Positions 1 to 12,200 of a stretch of 64,000 nucleotides of DNA are shown one piece after another. The notes below the pieces were generated by a model. The model saw only the letters and a program-made list of their open reading frames with translations. It searched no databases and had not been told where the DNA came from. A program made the position numbers and the translations under genes. This DNA is from Eledone cirrhosa (taxonomy: Eukaryota), in contig OZ024742.1 of assembly GCA_964016885.1 (NCBI GenBank), positions 173,910,001 to 173,974,000 of the forward strand. Reading direction: 5' to 3'. Within the stretch, counting starts at the first letter, position 1. Every line of letters begins with the position of its first letter.

Positions 1-261
1 ACCTAAAGGCTTTACATTGGCAGTAAAAAGGCTTTTATGTGATCTAAGTATTCAGTACTGGTCCATTTGTGTCAAATTCTTTTATTATTACTATTAATAT
101 TATTATTGTCATGTTAGTGTTGCTGGTGGTGATGGTGGTGGTGGTCGGTGAAGGTTGGTTTTGGCTGTGCTTACTATTATAGCGGCAACATTCATGATTG
201 GAGACTTTGACAGTGGTGGGAAATCAAGTTCAAGTAAATATTCTGCTGGATTCTTGGTTTG

Positions 262-415
262 GGTGTTGATAAAATAAAGTACCAGTAACGCATTAGTGTC
301 AATTGACTTTCCTCTCACCCAAAATTACTGGCCTTGTGCCTAAATCAGAAACCATTATTATTATTATTATTTTTTTATTTGTTATTATTATTATTATTAT
401 TATTATAATTATTAT
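262..415 (+). mobile_element. 3' part of a Deu/Nin-domain-like SINE with (ATT)n tail
   Basis: gataaaataaagtaccag core, 3' end ggccttgtgcctaaatcagaaacc, then (ATT)n; matches fuller copies at 22313-22514 and 23630-24038. Confidence 0.75.
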
Positions 416-433
416 CTACTACTACTACTACTA

Positions 434-2715
434 CAGATATGCCTGTCGTCCACTCCATTGGGTGTGGAGACAGGACACAATAATTACCATCACATCCGGT
501 CCCTTCTGTGATAGAGGCAGTATCATCTCAAAACGACATCACCACCACTGGCACCACCACCACCACCGCCACCACCACCACCGCCACCATCGCCACCACC
601 ACCTCAACAACAACCTAGAACAACAACGATAATAAAACCGACAGTCCCAATGTAAACACTGATGGCGGTGGCAACAGCAACAACAAACAAAACAACAACA
701 ACACCACCAACAACAGCAAGAACGACAACACCACCAACAAGAGCAACGGAGGCACCATGTTTGCAACGGCCGCAATGAAAACAAAGCGCTTCTTCAATAT
801 AGATATAGATATTAGCGATAAGGAACAACAGTTGGCCCAGGCATGGAGGTTAATTAAACGAGAGAAGTCCTGGGCAAACCTAACCATCCCGGACGAGGCA
901 ATAGCAGCCATGTAAAGGAGGACGGTGTACTTTCGATGCATTTCAATGCAGACACGGCAAGTGGTACTCGCCACAGCCAAGCAGAAGTCGAGGCTTCTTT
1001 AAAGTGCATCGGAAGTGACATCGAGTACAAAGCAAGGGCCAAGCAGTTCATTATCATCTCGGTACTGTTCAAAACCGAGGCCTTTGCTATTAAGCACTCG
1101 GTGACCCCCTGCAGAGCGGAACGCATTATCATGCACCCGTCCTACATGGGTAAAAGGACAGTAAAGGTACGCATTCCAAGGACCCTACCAGGAATGAACA
1201 TATTGTGGCTCCTGGGATGCGTAATCGAGGAGAGGACAGACACTAACCTCCTAGATATCAAAAAGACAGAGAGAGAAGACTGGTCCGGAATGGATTTAGA
1301 GATTCTTCTCCAAATGAAACCAGAGGACATCAACAACATCCCGGATTTGCCAGACTGCAGGACGGGACAACAATCCAATTAATCACAGAGGGAGGAAGGC
1401 CGCACTGCTTTGTCTGCAGGGAAGCAATGCATCTGTGTAACCTTCTGCCCTCAGCTCAAAAATACAGAGGGTTGCAAACCTCCTTTGCTGCCAACGCTAG
1501 TGTCAGCACGGAAAGCTGCACAACCACCACCAAAAACAACACCAACAATGACACGGATAATCCCACCAACATCAAAAACAGCCGGACCACCACCAGTACC
1601 GAGACCAATACAAGGGGAAAACGAGGAAAGCTCTCCCACTCCCTCTTCCCCACCAATTATACACATAGACAAAACCATATATGCACACACAGACACAGAT
1701 ACACTCACAGCCACAGACCCTTTGTCTTCCAAAAGTGCCAAAAAACAAAAGAAAAACTCACCCCCCCAAAAAAAAGCCCAACAAAATGCAAATACATACA
1801 CAACTAAAAATACAGACACCACTAGCGCAAACACTTCCCCAATAACATCAACATCAACACCACCCCTACAATCCCCGAAACGCAAACAACCTAAACAAAC
1901 ACGAGAACAAATAAACACACAGACACCTGAAATTGCAGACACCACACCTAGAACAAACACTGGCATACCCGAAACAACACCACGAAAACCATCACCACCA
2001 AAGTCACCAAAACGAAAATAAATAAAAACACACCAACAAAACATAACAAACTTCGTGCTTGTCAGAGGGGCCAACGATAAATTGATGGCCAACTTAACAC
2101 GAAGCGAGGACATTCAAACGGAGGGGGAGATCTTTGAATTGAGCACATTTTGTGTGCCAGAAGATTTGCTTCTGGTGAGAACGTTGCTCGATTCCTACAA
2201 AGAAATTTGAGAGAGCTTTCCGCAAGACGTGGGAACCCCGAACGTGAAACCCACATCGGACTTTTAAAGGGGTTCCCAAAAGAAACCCCACCATCCATGG
2301 TGGTCAAACCATCCGACCTTCACTAGACCCCGAGAGGTAAGTAAACATTCACTCTCTCTTTTAGCTTGCCAAAATAGCCATATTAAGAGTACGAAGTGTA
2401 AATGTTTGCGTCCTGGGGTCACCCTGGAAGCAGTGTCGCCTGCTCAACGACCTCGGGTCTTTAGAAATGGATGTGATTGCCATCAGCGAGACCATGATTT
2501 CCCACACACGCGCACTACCGCCCATTTTCGACGACTATCAGAACTTCGCATCTGTTAGCAGGCCGGGAATGAGAGGTGGGGTGGCAGTGCTGTTTAAGAA
2601 AGGCCTGGATCTCGAGGTAAGGTCGATCTTCCGGGATCCGGACGGTAAGTTGGTGGTCATGTATGTGAGCAGTAACGAAGGTGGTGCCTTTAGACTGCTG
2701 GCCGTCTAAGGCCCT
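434..2715 (+). mobile_element. Tx1-clade LINE copy 1 (family A-like): degenerate ORF1 plus start of ORF2, 3' part deleted
   Basis: ORF pieces 936-1382 and 1410-2021 are homologous to the intact ORF1 at 7301-9211; APE start (DVIAISET) at about 2374-2715; stops and frameshifts. Confidence 0.85.
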
Positions 2716-5700
2716 ATTCGCTAAAGCGACTAACAATTTTGAACAAATACACATCACTAACGAAGAGATAAAACAAGCAAAGGTCTTGGTTAAAAAAAAA
2801 CTGACACAGGGTAAGTCTCACCTGCCCAGCTGAGATAATAAGAAACAAACTTTTGTGTTCGGTCAGTTATCGCACGATCGGATCAAAATCGCGGCGAGTT
2901 GAACGGGCAACGGAGTCACTGGTCCAAAGAACTATGGGCACCGTCTGGGCACAGAAAACATATATAGCCCGGGGATCGAGATATGGCACGCGACTACCCC
3001 TTCTCCCCACACCGTGCCCCGCAACTGGAGCTGACAAACAAACAAAGAACACAGTGGCAGAAGAGAAATCACCATCCCCAACAACAAAAACACCATCTCT
3101 TCCACCACCCACAGAACCAATGGAAAGCATACCCCTTCCTGATATAGCTAAATCGGTCAAGGAGTGCGATTAGGCCGAAGAGTGGAGAACTATTCCAACA
3201 AAAAAAGGAAGAACTCCCTACCCTCACCCCACCCCCCACTCCCACCCACCCAAAAAAGAGGAAGAAAGAACCCTAAAAAAAAGAGAAAATGAAAATCACC
3301 CCACCTGCTCCACCACCATCAACAGCCACACCCCCACAACCACCTACACCGTCACCACCACCACCACCACCACCACCGCCAACACCACCACCGCCACCAC
3401 CACCACCGCCACCCTACCATCTGCCCCATCGTCACCTCCAACAACACGACAGCAAACACAGAAAACAACAACACCCAAACAGCAGACACAATACACAGCC
3501 ATAGACACAGACAACACAAAGCTTTTAAATTACATTCAACACCACACCAACATTACAGAAACAAACTACGTACAAACCACCAAAATTGCACCCCGCACAC
3601 ACATTAAAATAATAGAAATTACACAAAAAAATTACATAACATTAAAAATATGTTCCCCATATCAATTGGAGACTACCGAGGGAACATCACCAAAAGAATA
3701 TTCACGGATATTCTCGTGGAGAAACCCACCAATAGTCGGAGAAATGGATCACCCACCCCCTTCCTAAGGAAGAGCCACAGGTAATTTTTTGTACCTCTCC
3801 CCTCTCACTTGTTTTCCTCCTATCCTAGCCAACATGGCTTCTCTCAGAATAGGTAGCATAAATGTACGTGGCCTGGGGTCGTCTTTGAAGCAGGTCCACT
3901 TGCTGAACGATCTCAGGTCGCTAAACATAGATGTGGTGGCCATCAGCAAGACCAGAATCTCCGAGGCACGGGCATTCGCACCAATTTTCAGCGGCTACGA
4001 GATGTACACATCTCCGAGCCGTCATGGTTCGGGGGGGGGGGGGCTCCGCGTTGTTCCAGAGACGTCTGGATCTCGAGATACGACCAGTCTTCTTTGACCC
4101 AGAGGGTAAGTTGGTGGTACTGGACGTGACCAGCAGAGAAGGACAAGCTTTCAGGCTAGTGGCCGCCTATGCGCCGACAGGAGCAGGACGGCTTGAATTC
4201 TTCCGGCGTCTGGAGACCTTTCTTGGAACATCCCGCTCTCTAGAGTTAGTGGGCGACTGGAACAGGATCTTCGATGCACGCTGGGATTGTGTGGGGCTAG
4301 GCTAGCGGGGACGGAAGGAGGGTGCAAGAGCCTCACCAGCCTGCTCAGGCATTTTGAACTGTCTGACAGGTACCGATTGGATTTCAATAATGTGCCAATG
4401 TGGACTTTGACAAACTGCATTGGGTCATCCAGATCATATCTAGATAGAGTATTTTGTAGGGAAATAGATAGGTCTAGCACAGGCTGTCCACAATTCAAGA
4501 TAGTCAGCTACACGGACCACAAATTCGTGATCTGTGTGGTTCACTTTGATAGGCTTCATAGACAAGGACCCGGCTAGTGGAAGCTAAACGCGTCACTTTG
4601 CTCAGCTGTTCGGGGGCAGCAGCGGGCCGGATCGAGGGATGGACTTTAGTGTCTACCTCGACGGACTGCTGCGGCTCTCCGCCACTGAGGCGGAGTGTTG
4701 CGAAAAGCCGATAATAGCCGCTGAAGTACGGGAGGCAATGATTAGCTGCACAAGGGGTAAATCGCCTGGTTTGGATAGTCTGCCCTATGAACTTTACGTA
4801 GAGATGCCAGACTTGTTCGGAGGCCTCTTGGCGGATGTCTACTGCAACTGGCAACAGAACGGGAGAATTCCCAGCTCTGTGAGCCGAGGAGCTGTGGCGC
4901 TGCTGAGAAAGGATCCGAACAAGGGGGATAACATAGATAATTTTAGGCCCATCACTCTGCTAAACACAGAGTTCAAGATTTTGGCCAAGGTGCTAGCTAC
5001 GAGGTTGGCGCTTGTCGTTGGTGGTCTGGTGGGAGAGGCGCAGACATGCGCCATTCCCGACAGATCCATCCTCGACAACCTCCACCTCATGCGATACATC
5101 GTAGAGAGAGTAGCTAGGGAACAGGCACGGGTGGGTCCTTGATCAATTTAGATCAGTCTAAAGCTTTCGATAGGATCGACCATCGTTACCTAGCGGCAGT
5201 CCTGAGGGCGGCTGGCTTTGGGCCCGTCTTCAGGGGCTGGATCGCTGCCATGCACAGCAACATCGGCTCTGTGGTGAGAGTGAACGGTCACCTTTCGGAA
5301 CCGTTCAACATCATGCGCTCGGTCCTCCAAGGATGTCCCCTTTCGTCCCTCTTGTACGTATTGACTCTCGAGCCATTACTGCACAAACTGGAGACGTTGA
5401 GGGGAATCCCGCGCGAACTAGGATGCGAAAGATCCGTGTCAGCATATGCGGACGATGTCACCGTAGTGGTGTCGAACGCCAAACACATCGAGGCGATCGG
5501 CACTACACTAAGAGAATACGAAGCGGTGACAGGAGCAATGATCAACCAGGAAAAGTCAGTGGGCCTGCAGCTCGGCACCTGGAGAGGCAGGTCCATGCCG
5601 TCCAACAGCGTCGTCGGGCGCTGGACGGACGAACCAGTTAAATTGCTCGGGGTCTGGTTCGGTCCGCATCTCCAGACGGACAAAAACTGGGACGAGGTGA

Positions 5701-7086
5701 CGAGCAGGTTGGCTTCTCTCACCTAGAAATGGTCCGAGAGGAAGCTATCCCTGAAAGGTCGAGCGGAGGTGGCTAACGCGTATATCGCGTCCGTCATCTA
5801 CTACAACCTGACCGTCGTACCTTGTCCTAAGCCCTGCCTGACTGCGCTGGAGCGTTTGCTCTTTCGCTTTTTGTGGAAGGGACGCGCTCCGATGGTCAGG
5901 CGGTCCATCTGCTGTCAACATCCGCTACGTGGAGGGCTGGACATGCCGTGGCTGATGATGCGCAGACACGCGCTCTGGCTGCGACATCTCCACCTCTTCC
6001 TCGAAGGTCATCATGTGTGGTCTCCGTTTGCTAGACGCGTCTTTCACCAGCTCGTCTCCTTGACGGAGCTGCAGTCCTGGGTCAAGCGAAGACCGAGAGT
6101 GAGCGCTTGTAGACTGGAATGTCTTCAGGCGCTCACAGCCCTCGACCAATCGGGCAATGTGATCGGTGGAAACTCCACCTTTGCGTTTTATAGAGGATTA
6201 GTGGAGGGGAAGAGCGACGACGTACTTGGGGAAACTCTAGGCGTCGACGAAAATCAACTAGCCAATCTCTTCGGAAGAACTTTCGGGCCGGAGCCTATGG
6301 ACAACTTCCAGAAATCCCTGGCCTGGCAGTGCTACCAATGAGCTTTGCCAGTTCGGGATAAAATCTACAGGCATGGAGGTGCCGTCAGCCGGGCATGTCC
6401 GAGATGCGCGTAGGGCGACGAAACCGTCCTGCACGCACTCGTCCAGTGTCCGAGCATTGCTGACTTGTGGGTTTATGTCGAACACCTGCTGTCGCGTGTA
6501 GGACGGATCCAGCTATCAGCTGAGTCCATCGTGAGGATTGCCCCGCCCTCTTCCTTTAGCCGGGAAGGGCAGGCAGTTTTTATCTGTCTGGTGGCCATGG
6601 CGAAAGAGATAGTATGGTGGACACGTTTGAAAGGGCTGAAGACGAGTACTTACCTTTTCGGTGATGCCCTGATTAACTTTTTCAAATTTCATTTGAAAAG
6701 GAAAATCAAGGTAGAGAGGGAAGTGCTCTCTTCCCAGCATTTTGTTGAAAGATGGGTGAGAGAAGCAAGTATGGCCCGAATGAATGGGCCTTCTCTGAGT
6801 ATGTGTCTGTAAATTAAAGGTGGAAAACTGGGAGAGGGATCTTGCCCTGGTGGTCAGGGTCACTGTGGTCTTTTAATGGGCTTTCTCCACAAATGTCCCT
6901 CGGAAGTGTCCCCCCTATTGGGGAATTTTTCATTGTTATTTTTTGTTACATCCACTGTTTTTGTTTTTTACACGCAGAAATGCCCATTTGTACCGTCCTG
7001 TATTGTCCTGCACTGTCCTTAATGTCTACTTTATGTAAACCCTTGTGGTTAATAAAGAAATCATTATTATTATTAATATTATTATT
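2716..7086 (+). mobile_element. Tx1-clade LINE copy 2: internally deleted ORF1, disrupted ORF2, 3' UTR, (ATT)n tail
   Basis: ORF1 remnants 2716-3784, ORF2 3834-6812, AATAAA-GAAATC-(ATT)n end at about 7051-7086. Confidence 0.9.
3834..6812 (+). pseudogene. LINE ORF2 (APE endonuclease-RT-Zn finger), disrupted
   Basis: SINVRGL, GDWN, TDH, KSPGLD, QGCPLS and SAYADD motifs spread over several frames; about 445 bp deleted at 4595 relative to 32242-32686; premature stops. Confidence 0.9.
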
Positions 7087-7300
7087 GACGAAAGTGGATG
7101 TACGTTTTTTGAAGCTCCGTGAGTAAGCAATTTTTTGAGGATTAATTGTAGAGAATTGTTTATTTTTTGTACCGCTGAAGCATTATAAGACATTAATTTG
7201 TATCCTGTGAAGGAATAACTCATAATATTTGGGCCTTTTGGCCCAAATATTTGAACTTTATTTTGAAAAAAAAAATAATAATTTTTTTCTCAAAAAAAAC

Positions 7301-9211
7301 ATGGCGGAGCCACGCCCCCTAGAGGCGGGTCTGCTGTCGTGCAACGGCGACTTGAGCGTTGAGAGGAGAGGTGAGGCGAGGAGCGCCACCAGCACGAATG
7401 TGAGCAGCGACAGTGCCAGCACCAACGGGCCGAGCGGCGCGGAAGGTGGTAACAGCGACAACACCAACACCAACAAGCCGAACAGCGCAGAAGGTGGTAA
7501 TAGCGAGAGCACCAACAAAACGAACAGCACAGAGAGTAATAGTAGCGACAGCAACAGCACCAACAAGGCCAACAGCACAGAGGGTAACCACGACACAGGG
7601 GAGAACAACAACAGCAATAGCAGCAGCAACACCAACAAGAACAACAACAGTGACAACACCAACAAGAACACCTTCGCTGCTGTGGCAGCGGCTAAAAGGA
7701 GACTATGCTACAGCATCGACTTAACCAACAGAGAGGAAAAGTTGGCCCAGGCCTGGAAAATCATAAATCAAGAGCAGACCTGGGCAAACTTAACTGTCCC
7801 GGCAGAAGCCATTGAGGCAGTGGAAAAAAGAACGGTGCATTTCAGATGCATCTCAGTAGAGACAAAGAGGGCAGCGATAATCGCCCAAGCTGACATAGAA
7901 GCCGCACTGAAATACATCAGAGAGGACACAGACTTCATAGAGAGGGGCAGGCAATACGGCACCGTTTCGGTGCTGTTCAAGTCTGAAGCCCTCGCTGTGA
8001 AGCATTCAATGACCCCTTGCAAAACCAGCAAGGTTATAATGTACCCCTCCCACATGGGAAAACGAATAGCACGTGTGCGCATTCCCAGGATTCCACCAGG
8101 ACTTGATATGTGGTGGCTCCTGGGTTGCGTAATCGTGGAAGGAACGGATACAGTCCCGGTAGAGGCAACGAGAACTGCCAGGGACGACTGGTCCGGGGTT
8201 GATCTGGAGATACTGCTCCAAATCAGACCCGAAAACGTAAAAGCAATCCCGGACCACATCCGCCTCCAAAACGGGAGGGTGTTGCATATAATGACTGAGG
8301 GCAAAAGGCCGCATTGTTTCCTTTGTGGGGAAACGACACACTTGCGAGCCTTCTGCCCTCAACTGCCGAAAAGCGCAAGGGGTCGAAAGATTCCACTGCT
8401 GGCGACGCCGGGACAAGGACCACCAGCAACACCGTCAACAATGGAACCACCAAAATTGCACACCCAGGGGGGAAACGAGGAAAGCTCTCCCATTCCCCCT
8501 CCCCCCCAAAATACACACACGAACAAGAACATAAACACTCACTCAGACACAAACACGCTCACAGCCACAGACCCCTCATCCTCCAGCAGTGAAGATGAGG
8601 GAAAACCAAAGTCCCCCAAAATACAAAAAACAAAACACAAAAAAAAAAGAAATCCACAAAGCACAAACACCCCCACAAAAAAAAATACACACACCACCCA
8701 CACAAACATTTTCCCCACAGCATCACCAACACAACCACCAAAATCCCCCAAACGCAAACAAGCTAAACAGACACAAGAACAAATAGACACACAAACATCA
8801 GAAACTACAGACACCCCACCCACAACAAACGCAGACACAATAGAAACAACACTAACAAAGCTATCACCACCACAATCACACGAACAAATAAAACCCGAGC
8901 AACAAAACATTAAAAACTTCGTGCTTGCCAGAAGGGCCAACAAGGAATTGATGGCCCATGTAGCACGAAGCACAAACATCGAAAAAGACGGGGAAACATT
9001 TGAAGCGAGCACATTTCGCGTACCAGATAATTTGCTTCTGATGCGAATGTCGCTCGCTTCATACAAAGAAATTCGAAAGAGCTTTCCTCGGGATGTGGGA
9101 ACCCCGAACGTAAAACCCACGTCAAGACTATTAAAGGGGTTCCCAAAAGAAACCCCACAAACCATGGAGGTCGAACCACCCGACCTTCACAAGACCCCGG
9201 AAGGTAAGTAA
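7301..9211 (+). CDS. LINE ORF1p: nucleic-acid-binding protein with one CCHC zinc knuckle and Asn/Ser- and Pro/Thr-rich disordered regions
   Basis: ATG in aaaacATGG context at 7301 (the track starts earlier, at a TTG); CFLCGETTHLRAFC knuckle; lies upstream of ORF2. Confidence 0.88.
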   Translation: MAEPRPLEAGLLSCNGDLSVERRGEARSATSTNVSSDSASTNGPSGAEGGNSDNTNTNKPNSAEGGNSESTNKTNSTESNSSDSNSTNKANSTEGNHDTGENNNSNSSSNTNKNNNSDNTNKNTFAAVAAAKRRLCYSIDLTNREEKLAQAWKIINQEQTWANLTVPAEAIEAVEKRTVHFRCISVETKRAAIIAQADIEAALKYIREDTDFIERGRQYGTVSVLFKSEALAVKHSMTPCKTSKVIMYPSHMGKRIARVRIPRIPPGLDMWWLLGCVIVEGTDTVPVEATRTARDDWSGVDLEILLQIRPENVKAIPDHIRLQNGRVLHIMTEGKRPHCFLCGETTHLRAFCPQLPKSARGRKIPLLATPGQGPPATPSTMEPPKLHTQGGNEESSPIPPPPQNTHTNKNINTHSDTNTLTATDPSSSSSEDEGKPKSPKIQKTKHKKKRNPQSTNTPTKKNTHTTHTNIFPTASPTQPPKSPKRKQAKQTQEQIDTQTSETTDTPPTTNADTIETTLTKLSPPQSHEQIKPEQQNIKNFVLARRANKELMAHVARSTNIEKDGETFEASTFRVPDNLLLMRMSLASYKEIRKSFPRDVGTPNVKPTSRLLKGFPKETPQTMEVEPPDLHKTPEGK

Positions 9212-9240
9212 ACCTTTCCTCTCCCATTCATCCTGCCAGC

Positions 9241-12200
9241 ATGGCCATAAGAGTAGGAAGTTTAAATGTTCGTGGCCTGGGGTCGCCCTGGAAGCAAGGT
9301 CACTTGCTCAACGACCTCAGGTCACTAGGAATGGATGTAATTGCCATCAGCGAGACCAGAATTTCCGACACACGCGCACTGGCGCCGATTTTCGACGATT
9401 ATCAGATCTTTGCATCTGTTAGTCGGCCGGGAATGGGAGGTGGAGTGGCTGTGCTGTTTAGGAAATGTCTGGATCTCGAGGTAAGGTCAATCTTCCGGGA
9501 TCCTGACGGAAAGTTGGTGGTCCTGGACGTGAGCAATAGCGAAGGTGGTGCCTTTAGACTGGTGGCCGTCTACGCCCCTACTGGGGCCGGTCGGCCGGAC
9601 TTCTTTAGGCGCCTGGAAAACTTTCTGCTTACGTCTCGCCCTTTACTGTTAATAGGGGATTGGAATGGCATCTTAGAAGCACGCTGGGATTGTGTGGGAG
9701 TATCTGATAGGAGCGGGGGGTGCAAAAGCCTCAAGTACCTGATCAGCCAGTTTCAACTGTCTGACAGGTACCGACTAGATTTCCCTAATGCGCCAGTATG
9801 GACCTGGACCAATCGCATAGGGTCATCTAGATCGTACATAGATAGGATTTTCATTAGGAAAAGAGATAGAAATAGTGTAGGATGTCCACATTTTAAAACG
9901 GTTGCTTATTCAGATCACAAGCTTGTGATCTGTATGGTCGACCTAGATAAGACACGTAGGTTAGGACCTAGCTACTGGAAGCTAAACATGTCGTTTCCGG
10001 CACGTAAAGCTTACAGGGACCGGGTCAACAACTTAGTTAAGCAAAAGTTGACAGGGGGGGTTGTCAACAACAGGTGGTGGGGGGCACTCAAAAGAGAGAT
10101 TAGAGCAACCTCGATAGGATTTAGCAAAGAAGTAGCAATAGAGAAAAATAGAAAGGAGGAGGGGCTGATAGCTAAGTTAGACGAGGCTATTTGTAGTGGC
10201 ATTGCAACAGACGTGCTAGCGGCGAGAATGGCACTAGACCATTTCTTCAATGCGAAACACGAAGGTTGCATTGTCAGAGCTAAGGCGCGTGCTCTGAGGA
10301 ACGAGGGAACCAAAGCTGCCCGATGGGCTCGCTTTGCAGAGACGCAGCGTGGAAATAAAACCACAATTCGGTCTTTGACGGATCGAGATGGACACGAACT
10401 GAGCGATTCCAAGCAGATGTGTGAGGCCTTTCGCCAGCACTTTGCTCGATTGTTCGGGAGGATGGGTGAGTCGGAGACGGCGGCGGACTTCAGTCCCTAC
10501 CTCGACGGCTTGCCACGCCTCTCGACGGCCGACGCTGAGCGCTGCGAAGAGCCGATAACATCAGCCGAAATTCAGGACGCCCTTGTCGGCTGCTCGAGTC
10601 GCAAGTCACCCGGTTTGGATGGTCTGCCCTACGAGCTTTACGTAAATATGCCAGACTTGTTCTCCGATCTCCTCGAAGCGCTCTACTGCAACTGGCAGCA
10701 GAACGGGAGCATTCCCAGTTCTGTGAGCCGTGGCTTAGTGACGCTGATAAGGAAAGACGAGAACAAGAGGGACACACTAGATAATTTCAGGCCCATAACC
10801 CTGCTCAACACAGAGTTTAAGATTTTGGCCAAGGTGTTAGCGAAAAGATTGGCGCTTGTCGTCAAAGATTTGGTTGGGGAGGCGCAAACTTGCGCAATCC
10901 CGACCAGGTCCATACACGACAACCTCCACCTCATGCGATACATCATAGAGAGGGTTAGGTGCAAACCTGGCTTCGGTGGGGCTCTGATCAATTTAGATCA
11001 ATCGAAAGCATTCGATAGGGTCGACCATCGGTACTTGGAGGCTGTCCTCGAGGCGGCTGGCTTCGGCCCCGTCTTCAGAAGCTGGATCGCTGCAATGTAC
11101 AGCGGCATCCGCTCGGTGGTCAAAGTTAATGGCCACCTCTCGGAACCGTTTCAGATCTCTCGATCGGTCCGTCAAGGGTGCCCTCTCTCCTCACTTCTGT
11201 ACGTATTGACTCTTGAGCCTCTACTGCGGAAGCTGGAGTTGTTGCAGGGCATCCCGCTCGAACCGGGACGTAGAAAGGCTGCGTCCGCTTATGCGGACGA
11301 CATCACCGTGATGGTGTCGGACACCTCGGAAATCGAGGTGATCCGCACCCATTTGGAGGAATATGAAAGGTTGACGGGAGCAAAACTTAACCCGGAAAAG
11401 TCGGTGGGCTTGCAGCTCGGCACCTGGAGAGGCAAGTCCATGCCGTCCAACAGCGTCGTTGGGCGCTGGACAGACGGACCGGTAAAGTTGCTCGGGGTTT
11501 GGTTCGGACCAGACCTCCAGGTGGATAAGAATTGGGACGAGGTGACGAGCAGGATAGCCAACCTCACCCAGAAATGGGCTGAGAGAAAGCTATCACTGAA
11601 AGGGCGGGCGGAGGTGGCGAACGCGTACATCGCGTCCGTCATCTACTACCGCCTGACCGTCGTGCCTTGCCCCCGTCCACGCCTCGCCAATTTGGAACGG
11701 CTCCTTTTCAAATTTTTGTGGAGGGGACGGGTCCCGTTGGTGAGGCGGTCCATCTGCTGCCAGCACCCTCTTCGTGGAGGGCTGGGCATGCCGTGGCTAA
11801 TGATGCGCAGACATGCGCTGAGGCTGCGACATCTCCAGATATTTTGCCTAAACGGTGAACAGGTGTGGTCGCCGTTTGTTAGACGGGCCTTTCCGCAGCT
11901 CATCTCTTTGACTGAGCTGCAGTCCTGGGTCAAGAAGAGACCGAGACTGGGCGACTGGCATCTGGAATGTTGCCAGGCGCTCACTGCACTCTGCAAGGTG
12001 GGCAATGCGGTCAGTGGAACTTCCACTCAAGATTTCTATAGAGGATTAGTGGAGGGCAAGTGCGATGACGTACTAGGAGAGGCTCTGGGCGTCAACGAAG
12101 TAGAACTGACCAGTATGTTCCGGAGGACTTTCGAGCCGGGGACGATGGATAACTTCCAGAAATCCCTCGCTTGGCAGTGCTACCGGGGGGCGCTGCCGGT

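Noticed and set aside
9204-9239. 36-nt intron fusing ORF1 to ORF2
   Set aside because: Too short, and the product is out of frame with ORF2; family B lacks an AG before the ORF2 ATG
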